Source of the DNA: Clostridium sp. CAG:389 | Lineage (GTDB): Bacteria; Bacillota; Clostridia; TANB77; CAG-508 | Direction of reading: 5' to 3' | Assembly (NCBI GenBank): GCA_000438255.1 | Contig: FR901943.1 | Span: 1 to 40,168 of the forward strand | DNA length: 40,168 bases | In this document: piece by piece, positions 16,741-26,448 of the stretch | Numbering within the stretch: position 1 is the stretch's first letter | Layout: every line of letters starts with the position of its first letter | Made by a program: the position numbers and the translations under genes | The notes under the pieces: model-generated | What the model was told of the DNA's origin: nothing | Database searches by the model: none | Seen by the model: only the letters and a program-made list of their open reading frames with translations

Positions 16741-18681
16741 TTATTTTCCCATATATTTTTCTAAAACAATAATAAACATAGCATGTGACCAACCAAGTCC
16801 TATTACCCAATTAGATTTTAAAGTTTCATTATCAACTTGCTCTCCTAAGAAATAATGTTTACCTGCTGTTTTGATAACAAAATCAAATGTTTCTTTTGCT
16901 TTTTTCTTTTCTCCTGTTTCTAAGTAATACAAAGTCATCCAAAGGTTTGCAATTGGCCAAGGATTACCATTCATATAATTATCATTTTCAAATCTTTGAT
17001 AGCCACCTGTATATGTCCTTAAACTCAAATTAATTCTTTCAACAGTGTTTTGAACTTTCTTTTCTTTTGGTTTAAATACTTCAAATGGTGTAACTGCACC
17101 GATTATACTTATGTCCATCTTTTTGTCTTCTGAATTTCTGATATATGATTTTTTTTCTTCGTCATACAAATATTTATTAATATATTTTTTTATTTCAAGT
17201 TGCAATTTTTCTATTTCTTTTTTTGATTTTTCAACTTTTTCTTGTTTTAATCTATTGTTTTCAAAATCTGATATATCTTTTCCTAATACATTATAAATTT
17301 TCAACATATTTTCAAATGCTGAATAAATGCTTGATAATGAGTATAAATGCACTCCTTCACACATTTCCCATAAATCATAACTTACATGATATTTATGTTC
17401 TCGTATATTTGTTTGACCTTCTTGTTCTTCATTTTTTAATGATGGTTCTATCCAATCTCTTATATATTTTTTTAAGAAATCTATTGCTTTTTCGCACATT
17501 TGCAAATTATCCTTTAAAAATTTTTCAGATTCTGTATATTTATAATGTTCATATACTCCAAAAACTACACTTGCTGTTTCATCAACTTGATATCCCCAAC
17601 AAGGAGCTAATTTACCATCTGTATAAAATCGCTGTTCCCACATTCCATTTTTGCTTTGTGTTTTTTGACAAAATACTTTGTAAAACTTTTCTGTCTCTTT
17701 ATTCATTTTTAAAATATCCATAGCTTTTGTCATAAATACTGCATCTCTTGGCCAGCAATATGCATATCTTCCACATTTAGTAAAATTTTCATCTATTTCA
17801 GGTGATGCTATAATTGCCCCTGTATCAGTATTTGTCAATAAAGGAAATAGTAAAATACTTCTCTTATAAATTTCATATATTCTTTCATCATAACTATTCT
17901 CAGGCTCTTTTATTTTCAAGCCATTATGATCTTTCACATATTTTCTCCAATATGATTTTGTATTAGTATATTCTTTGTCAAAATCAATTCTTTTAATTCT
18001 TTCGATTTCATCCTCAATATCAGATATATTCTTGTTTTCATCAATTAAAATTGTAATTTCTAGTTCTTTCTTCTCTCCCGGTTTTATTGTTCCAACTTCA
18101 TATGCAATTGATGTATCTTTTGACATTCCAATATAATCTTTATCATGTATTTCAGTTCTTTTTATATTCTCAATGCTACCATTTATCTGATGTTTTATTA
18201 TATCTTTTCCTTTTGCAAAAGTTGAAAATACAAAGTCATGTGCATATTGCATCATTCCACCATCAACAATTTTGCATCCTACAAAATTATTTGTATCTGA
18301 TAATAGTTCAGAATGAATATAAAATTGAGTATTTAAATCTATTTTTCCTTCATTTAAAAATGTATATCTTTTTAGTAATACATTTTCCTTAATTAATATA
18401 AAATCAGTTTGTACTATTTTTAAATTGAAGTATGTATTTGTTATTTCTGTATTTAATATATTTGTGTCTGTATCATAATATTGTTTGTATGTGTTATTTA
18501 TATCGTCATGTAAATATATTAAATCAGATTCATTTATTTTTACTCCTGTATGGAAATAATTTATATATTGTCTATTATCTTTGCTTGGAAAATATATTCT
18601 TTGCATTTCTCCTTTTGATGTAAATGTTGCTATTATTTTTTTATTTCCTATTATTGCTTCATTTAAATATTTGTTTTCCAT
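16741..18681 (-). CDS. glycoside hydrolase family 15 (glucoamylase/glucodextranase-like) protein
   Basis: 646-aa ORF with YCWPRDAVF and a C-terminal (alpha/alpha)6-type region (NLWMTLYY, GLGWSHAMF). The family assignment is from motif memory. Confidence 0.8.
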   Translation of the reverse strand: MENKYLNEAIIGNKKIIATFTSKGEMQRIYFPSKDNRQYINYFHTGVKINESDLIYLHDDINNTYKQYYDTDTNILNTEITNTYFNLKIVQTDFILIKENVLLKRYTFLNEGKIDLNTQFYIHSELLSDTNNFVGCKIVDGGMMQYAHDFVFSTFAKGKDIIKHQINGSIENIKRTEIHDKDYIGMSKDTSIAYEVGTIKPGEKKELEITILIDENKNISDIEDEIERIKRIDFDKEYTNTKSYWRKYVKDHNGLKIKEPENSYDERIYEIYKRSILLFPLLTNTDTGAIIASPEIDENFTKCGRYAYCWPRDAVFMTKAMDILKMNKETEKFYKVFCQKTQSKNGMWEQRFYTDGKLAPCWGYQVDETASVVFGVYEHYKYTESEKFLKDNLQMCEKAIDFLKKYIRDWIEPSLKNEEQEGQTNIREHKYHVSYDLWEMCEGVHLYSLSSIYSAFENMLKIYNVLGKDISDFENNRLKQEKVEKSKKEIEKLQLEIKKYINKYLYDEEKKSYIRNSEDKKMDISIIGAVTPFEVFKPKEKKVQNTVERINLSLRTYTGGYQRFENDNYMNGNPWPIANLWMTLYYLETGEKKKAKETFDFVIKTAGKHYFLGEQVDNETLKSNWVIGLGWSHAMFIIVLEKYMGK

Positions 18682-18699
18682 TTTTTTACCTTTCTAGAA

Positions 18700-18837
18700 C
18701 TGTTTTTGGGGACGGAGGAAAAAAACAGTTTTTAACTCAAATAATGTTACACGTTCAAGCCTATTTCTTATTAAATTGTAATTAAATAATATTTTTTTAA
18801 TTCAAAGACTGTTTTTTTCCTCCGTCCCCAAAAACAG
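18700..18837. repeat. 138-bp palindromic element (30-bp perfect arms, 78-nt loop), copy 2 of the repeated module
   Basis: 18700-18729 (CTGTTTTTGGGGACGGAGGAAAAAAACAGT) is the exact reverse complement of 18808-18837. The arms are identical to the core of 1976-2100, but the loop is unrelated. Confidence 0.9.
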
Positions 18838-18846
18838 CCTTAAATC

Positions 18847-20496
18847 TTATCCTTCAATTACATTCAAAATTTGTTTTTCTAATTCTTTAATTTTTTCATT
18901 AATTCTAAACACATCAGCATCTTTAAGCTCATTATTGTTGATATCAGATTTAACACTATTCTCCATATCGTCTATCTCAGCTTTTAATTTTTCTAATCTC
19001 TTCAATACTTCTGTTTTCATATTAACAGGTAATTTTTTATCAATTTTATGTGTTAATTTAACATCTTCATCTACATTTAATTCGTATGTTTCGCCATAGC
19101 TTGGAATTATAACAGGTAATTGAGCCTCATTTTCAATTTTTTGTCCAAGTACTTCTTGTGATTCTTCTTCTCCATGGATTAAAAATACTTGTTTTGGTTT
19201 CTTTCTAAATGAATATACAAAGTTCATTAGTCCGTCTTGATCTGCGTGTCCTGAATAGCCTTCTATATATTCAATTCTTGCATTTACTGCTATTTCTTCT
19301 CCAAATATTTTTACTCTTTTTGCTCCATTTACTATGCTATATCCTAATGTTCCTGGTGCTTGGTATCCTACAAATAATATAGTTGAATTTGGATTCCATA
19401 AGTTATGTTTTAAGTGATGTTTTATCCTTCCTACATCACACATTCCACTTGCTGATATTATTATACATGGTTCTGGATTTTCATTTAATGCTTTTGATTC
19501 ATCTGCTGTTGTTGTAAATTTTAGTCCTGGAAATTCAAGTGGATGGTCTCCTTTTCTGATTTCTTCTTGTGTTTCTTCGTCAAATAAATCCATATTTTCT
19601 TTAAATACTTCTGTTGCTGATATTGCAAGTGGGCTGTCTACATATACTGGTGCTTTCATTAATTTTTCATACTCATGTATGAATTTTTCGTCATCTTTTG
19701 TTTCTTTTATTTTATTTAATTCATATAATATTTCTTGTGTTCTTCCTACTGCAAATGATGGTATTACAACAGTTCCTTTATTATCAAGTGTTTCTGATAC
19801 TATATCCAAAAACATTTCTGCTTTTTTGTCATTTTTTATATGTTTTCTGCTTCCATATGTTGATTCCATTACTAAGAAGTCTGCATCTTCTATCATTGTT
19901 GGTTCACTTAATAATGGTATGTCATTATTTCCTAAGTCTCCTGTGAAAACTGTTTTTGTTTGTTTTCCATTTTCATTTACCCATAATTCTATAACACTTG
20001 AACCTAACATATGTCCTGCATCATTGAATCTTACATGTATGTCTGGTGTTATGTCTATAATTTGGTCGTATTGTACTGGTTCAAATATCTCTAAACATCT
20101 TGCTGCTTGTTCTGCTGTGTATAATGGTTCTCTGGCTTCTAGTCCTTTTCTCATTCTTTTTCTGTTTTTCCATTCATTTTCCATTTCTTGAATGTGTCCA
20201 CTGTCTGGTAACATTAGTGCACATAAATCACATGTTGCTTTGTGTGCATATATTTTATTTTTGAATCCTTCATTATATAGTTTTGGTATTCTTCCTGAAT
20301 GGTCAATGTGTGCGTGTGTTAATAACATAAAATCTATTTCTGATGGATTAAAATCAAATTCATCAAAATTTTCTTCTTCTAGTTCTTTTCTTCCTTGCCA
20401 CATTCCACAATCTACTAAAAATTTTTTTCCTGCGGCTTCTACTAAGTAATTTGAGCCTGTTACTGTTTTTGTTGCTCCTAAAAATGTGATTTTCAT
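18847..20496 (-). CDS. MBL-fold beta-CASP family hydrolase (RNA-metabolising nuclease type) with C-terminal coiled-coil tail
   Basis: 549-aa ORF with the metallo-beta-lactamase motif HAHIDHSG, FTGDLG and GYSGHADQ. SD AAGGAGG lies upstream. Confidence 0.85.
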   Translation of the reverse strand: MKITFLGATKTVTGSNYLVEAAGKKFLVDCGMWQGRKELEEENFDEFDFNPSEIDFMLLTHAHIDHSGRIPKLYNEGFKNKIYAHKATCDLCALMLPDSGHIQEMENEWKNRKRMRKGLEAREPLYTAEQAARCLEIFEPVQYDQIIDITPDIHVRFNDAGHMLGSSVIELWVNENGKQTKTVFTGDLGNNDIPLLSEPTMIEDADFLVMESTYGSRKHIKNDKKAEMFLDIVSETLDNKGTVVIPSFAVGRTQEILYELNKIKETKDDEKFIHEYEKLMKAPVYVDSPLAISATEVFKENMDLFDEETQEEIRKGDHPLEFPGLKFTTTADESKALNENPEPCIIISASGMCDVGRIKHHLKHNLWNPNSTILFVGYQAPGTLGYSIVNGAKRVKIFGEEIAVNARIEYIEGYSGHADQDGLMNFVYSFRKKPKQVFLIHGEEESQEVLGQKIENEAQLPVIIPSYGETYELNVDEDVKLTHKIDKKLPVNMKTEVLKRLEKLKAEIDDMENSVKSDINNNELKDADVFRINEKIKELEKQILNVIEG

Positions 20497-20524
20497 AAAT
20501 TTCCTCCTTATTCTTTTTACGTCC

Positions 20525-22096
20525 CTAGTAGGACATTATTGCTCTTTTTTTGTTTAACTTTATTTCTAGCTCTTTTGGCTTTTGTATTTCAATTTTTTCC
20601 TCAAAAATATTTTCATCAAATATTTGTAAATAATATTTATCTTTTTCTTTTGTAATTTTTAAATATGAATCTTCAAGTCTTATAATTCTTACATGAAATA
20701 TATTTTTTAGAATTTGATAATTTGTATCATTATCTGATGATAAGCTTTCAATTACTTTATTTTCAATTGCTTTATCAATTATTTTTTTTGCAATCTTATC
20801 TATATCTGTGTTCAGCTCTTTTACATTTTTAATTTTTCTTTCATAATCGTATTGCAATAATGAATAATATCTAAAATCATATATTATTTTTTCAATTTCT
20901 TGCTTTGTTTCTGCTTTTTTTATATTTATTTCTAACATATTTAAAAACAATTTTTGTAATTTTATTTTTAATTCATTTATTAATTTATCTTTATCTCCTG
21001 AATCTAAAACTTTTAAGTATTTATCTTTTTCTTCTAACTCTTTTTTATATTTCACAAAATTTTGTGGGTTTAATATTTTATTTAAATTTTCTAATTCATT
21101 TAGTTTTTCTTTTTTTTCATCTTCCATTATTTTCGATAATATTCTCATACTAAATATTTTCTTTTCTAATGGCAATTGTTCATTTCTTTTAAAATATTCT
21201 TCTTGTAATAAATTTTTATCATTAATTGTTTCATCTATTAATTTAATTTGATTGCTTATATCTATCTTTTTCTGAGTTGTTTTTTCTATAAATTCTTGTT
21301 TATTTTTAATTTTTTCGAGTTCACTTTCAACTTTTTCTTTTATTTCTGATATTTCCTCATATTTATCTTTATTAAATTTTATACTTAATAATATGGATAT
21401 TTTTGATAATAATTCTATCATTTTTTCTTCATTTTTCTTTCCATATTGATTTTCTAATTTTTCTTTAAATAAATAAAAATAATCAATTATGAACTCATTA
21501 TTTTTAATCCATTTATTAAGAAATTCATGCCCTACTAAAATTCTTAGATTTTGATATATCAAATTATGGTCAATACTTTCTATTTCTTGTGGGATTGTTG
21601 TCCATGAATATCCATTAAAATCTCTTAATGGTTCTACCATATTGATACTGTTTCCTACATTTATTAATTCTGAAATTGTTTCATTTATCAAGAAATATTC
21701 ATCTTTTATTATTTCCTCTTTTTTACCAATTTTGCTTATAGCATATAATATTTTTCTTTCTATTGGATATGCTATTATTTTTTTATTCTCTTGGTCTATT
21801 ATATATGTTTTTTTATCTGGTATCTTGTTTTGTTCATCACTCATTTTTATAATTTCTATTGAGTCGCAATTATTTTTTATTATTTCTATTATGTTTGCTA
21901 CATATTCTTCTTTTGTTTGTATATCTTTTTTTACTGTTTCTATGTCTTTGTATGATGCTTCTATTTTATAAAGAATTCCTAGAAGGGTACTTTTTACATT
22001 TTCATCAAATTGTTTTTTTTCTAAAACTTCTTCTAGCTCATTATTGTAATCTTTTTTTACAATTTTTTCTAATAAGCTTTTCTTTTTTTGTAACAT
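20525..22096 (-). CDS. hypothetical K/E/I-rich protein (about 523 aa)
   Basis: Long uninterrupted ORF between ftsK and the beta-CASP gene. I place the start at ATG 22096 (MLQKKK), with GGAGGG 5 nt upstream. No domain is recognisable by eye. Confidence 0.7.
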   Translation of the reverse strand: MLQKKKSLLEKIVKKDYNNELEEVLEKKQFDENVKSTLLGILYKIEASYKDIETVKKDIQTKEEYVANIIEIIKNNCDSIEIIKMSDEQNKIPDKKTYIIDQENKKIIAYPIERKILYAISKIGKKEEIIKDEYFLINETISELINVGNSINMVEPLRDFNGYSWTTIPQEIESIDHNLIYQNLRILVGHEFLNKWIKNNEFIIDYFYLFKEKLENQYGKKNEEKMIELLSKISILLSIKFNKDKYEEISEIKEKVESELEKIKNKQEFIEKTTQKKIDISNQIKLIDETINDKNLLQEEYFKRNEQLPLEKKIFSMRILSKIMEDEKKEKLNELENLNKILNPQNFVKYKKELEEKDKYLKVLDSGDKDKLINELKIKLQKLFLNMLEINIKKAETKQEIEKIIYDFRYYSLLQYDYERKIKNVKELNTDIDKIAKKIIDKAIENKVIESLSSDNDTNYQILKNIFHVRIIRLEDSYLKITKEKDKYYLQIFDENIFEEKIEIQKPKELEIKLNKKRAIMSY

Positions 22097-22120
22097 TATA
22101 CCCTCCATTCTTTATAAAAA

Positions 22121-24547
22121 TTATTCTTCTACTTCTTCTTGTGGTGATGTTCCCATCTTCAACTCCTCAAGTCTTTCTTTTGTAATTAAAACTTCTCTTG
22201 GCTTGCTTCCTTGGTATCCAGATATTATTCCTCTTTCTTCCATTTGATCTATAATTCTTCCTGCACGTGCATAGCCTACTTTAAATCTTCTTTGTATAAA
22301 TGATGTTGATGCTGTTCCCTGTTCTACAACTGCATCTATTGCATCCATTAAGAATGGATCAGTTTCATCATCTTCTGCTTGTTCTTGTACTAATTCTTTT
22401 TCTGTTTTATTGCTATTTTCTATTGATTCTAATATATCTTCACTATAATTTGCTGTTCCATTTTGTTTTACAAATCCTACTATTTTTTCAACTTCTTCAT
22501 CTGATACAAATGCACCTTGAACTCTGACTGGTTTTGGGTATCCTGTTGGAAAGAACAACATATCTCCTTTTCCTAGTAGTTTTTCTGCTCCTACTGAATC
22601 TAGTATTGTTCTTGAATCTACTTGTGATGATACTGCAAATGCTATTCTTGATGGCACATTTGCTTTGATTAACCCTGTAATTACATCTACTGATGGTCTT
22701 TGTGTTGCGATTACTAAGTGCATTCCTGCCGCTCTTGCTTTTTGTGCTAATCTACATATTGCCTCTTCAACATCTTTTGCTGCAACCATCATTAAGTCAG
22801 CCAACTCGTCTACAATTATTACTATTTGTGGTAATTTTCCTTGTCCTTCTTCTTTCTCTATTGCCTTATTATATCCTTTTATATCTCTTACACCTTTTGA
22901 TGCAAATAAATTATATCTATTATCCATTTCTTGTACTGCCCACGCTAATGCTCCTGCTGCTTTTTTAGGGTCTGTTACAACTGGTATTAATAAATGTGGT
23001 ATTCCATTATATACTGATAATTCAACAACTTTAGGGTCTACCATTACCATTTTAACTTCACTTGGTTTTGCATTATATATGATACTTGAAATTATAGTGT
23101 TTATACACACACTTTTTCCTGAACCTGTTGAACCTGCAATTAATACGTGAGGCATTTTTGCTATATCTGCTAACTGAATATTTCCTGCAACATCTTTTCC
23201 TAATGCTACTGTTAATTTTGAATTATTATTTTGAAATTCTTCACTTTCTAATACTTCTCTTAAATGTACAGCTTCTTTTTCTTTATTTGGTACTTCAATT
23301 CCTACTGCTTGTTTTCCAGGGATTGGTGCTTCTATTCTGATTGTTTCTGCTGCTAAATTTAGTGCTATATCATCTGCTAAATTAGCTATTTTACTTACTC
23401 TTACACCTTCTGCTGGTTTTAGTTCATATCTTGTTATTGCTGGTCCTACTGATACATTTTCAACTTTTGCTGATACTCCGAAGCTATATAATGTTTTTTG
23501 TAGTTTTGTTGCTGTATCTGTTAAAGCTTTTGCTCCGCCTTTTAATTTCTTTTTATCTGGTTTTCCTAATAATTCAATTGGTGGATATTCATAATTTTCG
23601 TCTTCTACTATCATCGCATGTTCTAATTGCAAAACTTCTTTTGTTTTATCTTCTTTCTTTTCTTCTTCTTGTCTAAATAAATTATTTTCAATAACGTCTG
23701 GTTGTATAGTTTGAGTCTTCTTTGTTTCTTTTGTTAATGGTGTTAAGTCATCATCTTTGTGGTCATATTTTTTTCTACCTTTTTTATCATCTTCTTCTAA
23801 TATTCTACCACCGAAATTTATTTTTATTTGTTCTCCAACATTCTCTTCTTCTAGTGCTTCTTTTCTTGCTTGTTCTTTTTGTAGTTCTTTTGATTTTTTT
23901 CTATTTTCTAACTCTTCTTGTCTAGCTTTTTGCTGTTCTTCTTTTAATTGTTGTTTTCTTTGATATTTTTCTTCTCTATTTTCTTCTGTTTTCTCAACAA
24001 AATTGTTTATAATTTCTGATATATTTATTCCAAAAGTGAATACTGCAAGCATTACAACAATTCCTATGCATAGTATGATTGCTCCTACTGGGCTTAATAG
24101 ATTAGCAAGTGGTGTTGCAAGTATTGCTCCTAATGCTCCTCCACCTTTATCTTGTGTTCCATAATTATAAGCCTCTTTTACGATTGTTGATAAATCTTTA
24201 TTTGCTATTGTCATTTCTCCTGAATTAATTTGCCATGCAGTCATTAATACTGCTATACTTATTAATAATACTGCATATTGTGTTAATTTTGATGTTAGAT
24301 ATTCATCATCATTTAATGCTAGTTTTATTCCTATTGCAAATGTTCCTATTGGTAGAATGTATTTTATAATTCCCATCATTCCGCCTAATATTTCATTTAA
24401 TTTTATACCAATTATTCCTGATTTTCCATATATTAAGACACATAATAATATACTTAATATTATTAATGCAACTATTGCTAAATCTATGTTTGATGCTCTT
24501 TTTTTAGCTCTGCTATTAGTCTTTTTTCTGCTTTTTCTTTTAGCCAT
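22121..24547 (-). CDS. ftsK: DNA translocase FtsK/SpoIIIE
   Basis: 808-aa ORF with N-terminal TM helices, a K/E-rich linker, Walker A GSTGSGKS, Walker B IVIIVDELADL and a C-terminal gamma (winged-helix) domain. Confidence 0.95.
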   Translation of the reverse strand: MAKRKSRKKTNSRAKKRASNIDLAIVALIILSILLCVLIYGKSGIIGIKLNEILGGMMGIIKYILPIGTFAIGIKLALNDDEYLTSKLTQYAVLLISIAVLMTAWQINSGEMTIANKDLSTIVKEAYNYGTQDKGGGALGAILATPLANLLSPVGAIILCIGIVVMLAVFTFGINISEIINNFVEKTEENREEKYQRKQQLKEEQQKARQEELENRKKSKELQKEQARKEALEEENVGEQIKINFGGRILEEDDKKGRKKYDHKDDDLTPLTKETKKTQTIQPDVIENNLFRQEEEKKEDKTKEVLQLEHAMIVEDENYEYPPIELLGKPDKKKLKGGAKALTDTATKLQKTLYSFGVSAKVENVSVGPAITRYELKPAEGVRVSKIANLADDIALNLAAETIRIEAPIPGKQAVGIEVPNKEKEAVHLREVLESEEFQNNNSKLTVALGKDVAGNIQLADIAKMPHVLIAGSTGSGKSVCINTIISSIIYNAKPSEVKMVMVDPKVVELSVYNGIPHLLIPVVTDPKKAAGALAWAVQEMDNRYNLFASKGVRDIKGYNKAIEKEEGQGKLPQIVIIVDELADLMMVAAKDVEEAICRLAQKARAAGMHLVIATQRPSVDVITGLIKANVPSRIAFAVSSQVDSRTILDSVGAEKLLGKGDMLFFPTGYPKPVRVQGAFVSDEEVEKIVGFVKQNGTANYSEDILESIENSNKTEKELVQEQAEDDETDPFLMDAIDAVVEQGTASTSFIQRRFKVGYARAGRIIDQMEERGIISGYQGSKPREVLITKERLEELKMGTSPQEEVEE

Positions 24548-24602
24548 TTTATCTCTTCCTTTCTTCTATTGTAAATCTGACTTTCATTTTGATGTTTCAT
24601 TT

Positions 24603-24660
24603 AAAAAGTGCCCTAATAGTGACAAGTCCACATGGGACATGTCTTATTGGGACACTTTTT
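24603..24660 (-). terminator. compound hairpin terminator after the 24675-25178 gene
   Basis: Minus strand reads AAAAAGTGTCCCAATAAGACA-[TGTCCCATGTGGACT]-TGTCACTATTAGGGCACTTTTT. It is an imperfect stem of about 17 bp enclosing a mini-hairpin, followed by a T-run. Confidence 0.55.
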
Positions 24661-24674
24661 GTCCATTAGGGACA

Positions 24675-25178
24675 TTATTTTAATTCTTTTCTACTGTTTT
24701 GAACTGTTTTTAATGTATCTTCTATTGACATTTCCATTAGTTTTAAGGCTTCTGATATATTTTTTTCTAGTCCTCCTAATGTTTGTGTTAATACATCTTC
24801 TGTATGTGCTAATAATTCATCAGCATATTCTTTTGTTCCATTAGAAATCTCTCTTGATCTTTCATTTGCACTTTCTATTATTTCTTTCTTTTGTTCATAT
24901 GCTTTTCTTGTAATTTCATGTTCATCTATCATAGAAATAATTCTATTTTCAGCTTCTTTTACTATTCCATCAGCTTCTTTTTGGGCTTCAACTAATATAC
25001 GTTGTCTCTCTTCTTTTACCCATTTTGCTTGTTTTAATTCATCAGGAAGTTTTAATCTTATTTCCTTTATTAAATCTAATATTTCATCTTTATCTACAAT
25101 TCCTTTGCTTGAAAATGGTAAATTTCTACCTCTTTCAATTATATCCTCCAAAGTTTCTAGTAGTTCAAATATCTCCAT
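24675..25178 (-). CDS. conserved coiled-coil protein (ATP synthase b/H-subunit-like, often annotated ATPase)
   Basis: 167-aa ORF, predominantly E/K-rich helical. It starts 5 nt downstream of the rsmD stop. Confidence 0.55.
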   Translation of the reverse strand: MEIFELLETLEDIIERGRNLPFSSKGIVDKDEILDLIKEIRLKLPDELKQAKWVKEERQRILVEAQKEADGIVKEAENRIISMIDEHEITRKAYEQKKEIIESANERSREISNGTKEYADELLAHTEDVLTQTLGGLEKNISEALKLMEMSIEDTLKTVQNSRKELK

Positions 25179-25182
25179 GGTT

Positions 25183-25740
25183 TTACCCCTTTCTAATTTT
25201 TATAAAGATTAATGTTGCTCGTCCATATCTTCTTTTATCTATAATTTCAGTTTCTATTTTCCTTAGTTCTTCTAATATTTTTCCTTCGTTATCTGTTTCT
25301 ATTATTATAGTTGAATTTTCATCAATCAATTTTTGATTTATTATGTGTTCAACTGATTTTATTGCAAAGTCTGAGTCATATGGTGGATCTATGTATATAA
25401 TATCCATTTTTTCTTTTATTTTTGTTTTTAATAGTGTTTCATAGTCTAAATTATATAATTCAACTTTTTCTTTTAGATGTGTTTTTTCAATGTTTTTGTT
25501 TATTATATTTATTGCTTCTTTTGATTTGTCACATAATATAACTTTTTTTGCTCCTCTACTTGCAGCTTCTAATCCTATTGCTCCACTTCCTGAAAATACA
25601 TCTAAAAAGTTTGAATTTATTATTTCATTTTGTATTATATTAAACAGTGATTCTTTTACTCTATCTAATGTTGGTCTTGTTGTTTTTCCTTCTAATGTGT
25701 ATAGTTTTGTTCCTCTGGCAGTTCCACTTATTATTCTCAT
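25183..25740 (-). CDS. rsmD: 16S rRNA (guanine(966)-N(2))-methyltransferase RsmD
   Basis: 185-aa ORF with MRIISGTARG, the SAM motif FLDVFSGSGAIGLEA and the DPPY motif. Confidence 0.9.
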   Translation of the reverse strand: MRIISGTARGTKLYTLEGKTTRPTLDRVKESLFNIIQNEIINSNFLDVFSGSGAIGLEAASRGAKKVILCDKSKEAINIINKNIEKTHLKEKVELYNLDYETLLKTKIKEKMDIIYIDPPYDSDFAIKSVEHIINQKLIDENSTIIIETDNEGKILEELRKIETEIIDKRRYGRATLIFIKIRKG

Positions 25741-25966
25741 TTTGCTTTTTCTCCTATGCTATAATTTTATCTTTTTTTTTGTCAATGTCAATAGTATTAA
25801 TGAAATTGTAATATATATTTAATAGTTCTGTAATATTGTTCCATTTTTGTAATATTTTTTAATATGCATCAAGCATAAAATAGTTACACTTCAATAAAAA
25901 TATCACCCGATAATAGACTTTTCTATAATACAAAAAAGATTGAAGATTTAATCTCCAATCCTAATT

Positions 25967-26419
25967 TTAGTCATCTTTATTAACATCTTTTAATAATTCT
26001 AATTGTGAAATCAATAAAGATTCCATTTTGGCTTTATATATATCAAATTGTTTTTTTACATCATCTAATTCTTTTTGTTTCATTAAAATCTCATTATTTA
26101 ATTCATCTACTTGTTTTTGGGCATTTGATTTTGCTTCTTCTACTATTTGGTCAGCTTTTTGTTTTGCAACATTTTTTACTTCTTCTGCTGTTGATTGAGC
26201 CATAACTAATGTATTTTGTAAAGTTGATTCAATTGTTTTATATTGAACTAAACTATTATTCAATTCTTCAACTTTTGCTCTTAATTCATTAACTTCTTTG
26301 TAATTTTTTGAATAATCAGTTGTTAATTCATCTAAAAAATCGTCAACTTCTTCAACATTATATCCATTTACCATCTGTTTTGAAAATTTTTTATTATCTA
26401 TATCTAATGGTGTAATCAT
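25967..26419 (-). CDS. divIVA: DivIVA domain-containing cell-division protein
   Basis: 150-aa ORF with the N-terminus MITPLDIDNKKFSKQMVNGYNVEEVDDFLDEL typical of DivIVA, followed by a coiled coil. Confidence 0.85.
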   Translation of the reverse strand: MITPLDIDNKKFSKQMVNGYNVEEVDDFLDELTTDYSKNYKEVNELRAKVEELNNSLVQYKTIESTLQNTLVMAQSTAEEVKNVAKQKADQIVEEAKSNAQKQVDELNNEILMKQKELDDVKKQFDIYKAKMESLLISQLELLKDVNKDD

Positions 26420-26448
26420 TTTTTCCTCCTACACTGTAAAAAACTATA

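Noticed and set aside
25806-25855. Triplets of TGTAAYA repeats upstream of the -35 regions of rsmD (25806-25855), sepF (27015-27058, 11-bp spacing of two copies) and the HD gene (34975-35000, opposite orientation) as response-regulator binding sites
   Set aside because: The motif is short and A/T-rich in DNA that is about three-quarters A+T. Orientation and spacing are inconsistent between sites, and the same heptamer also forms part of an ordinary AT-rich terminator stem (14857-14888). I cannot distinguish it from chance without a genome-wide statistic.
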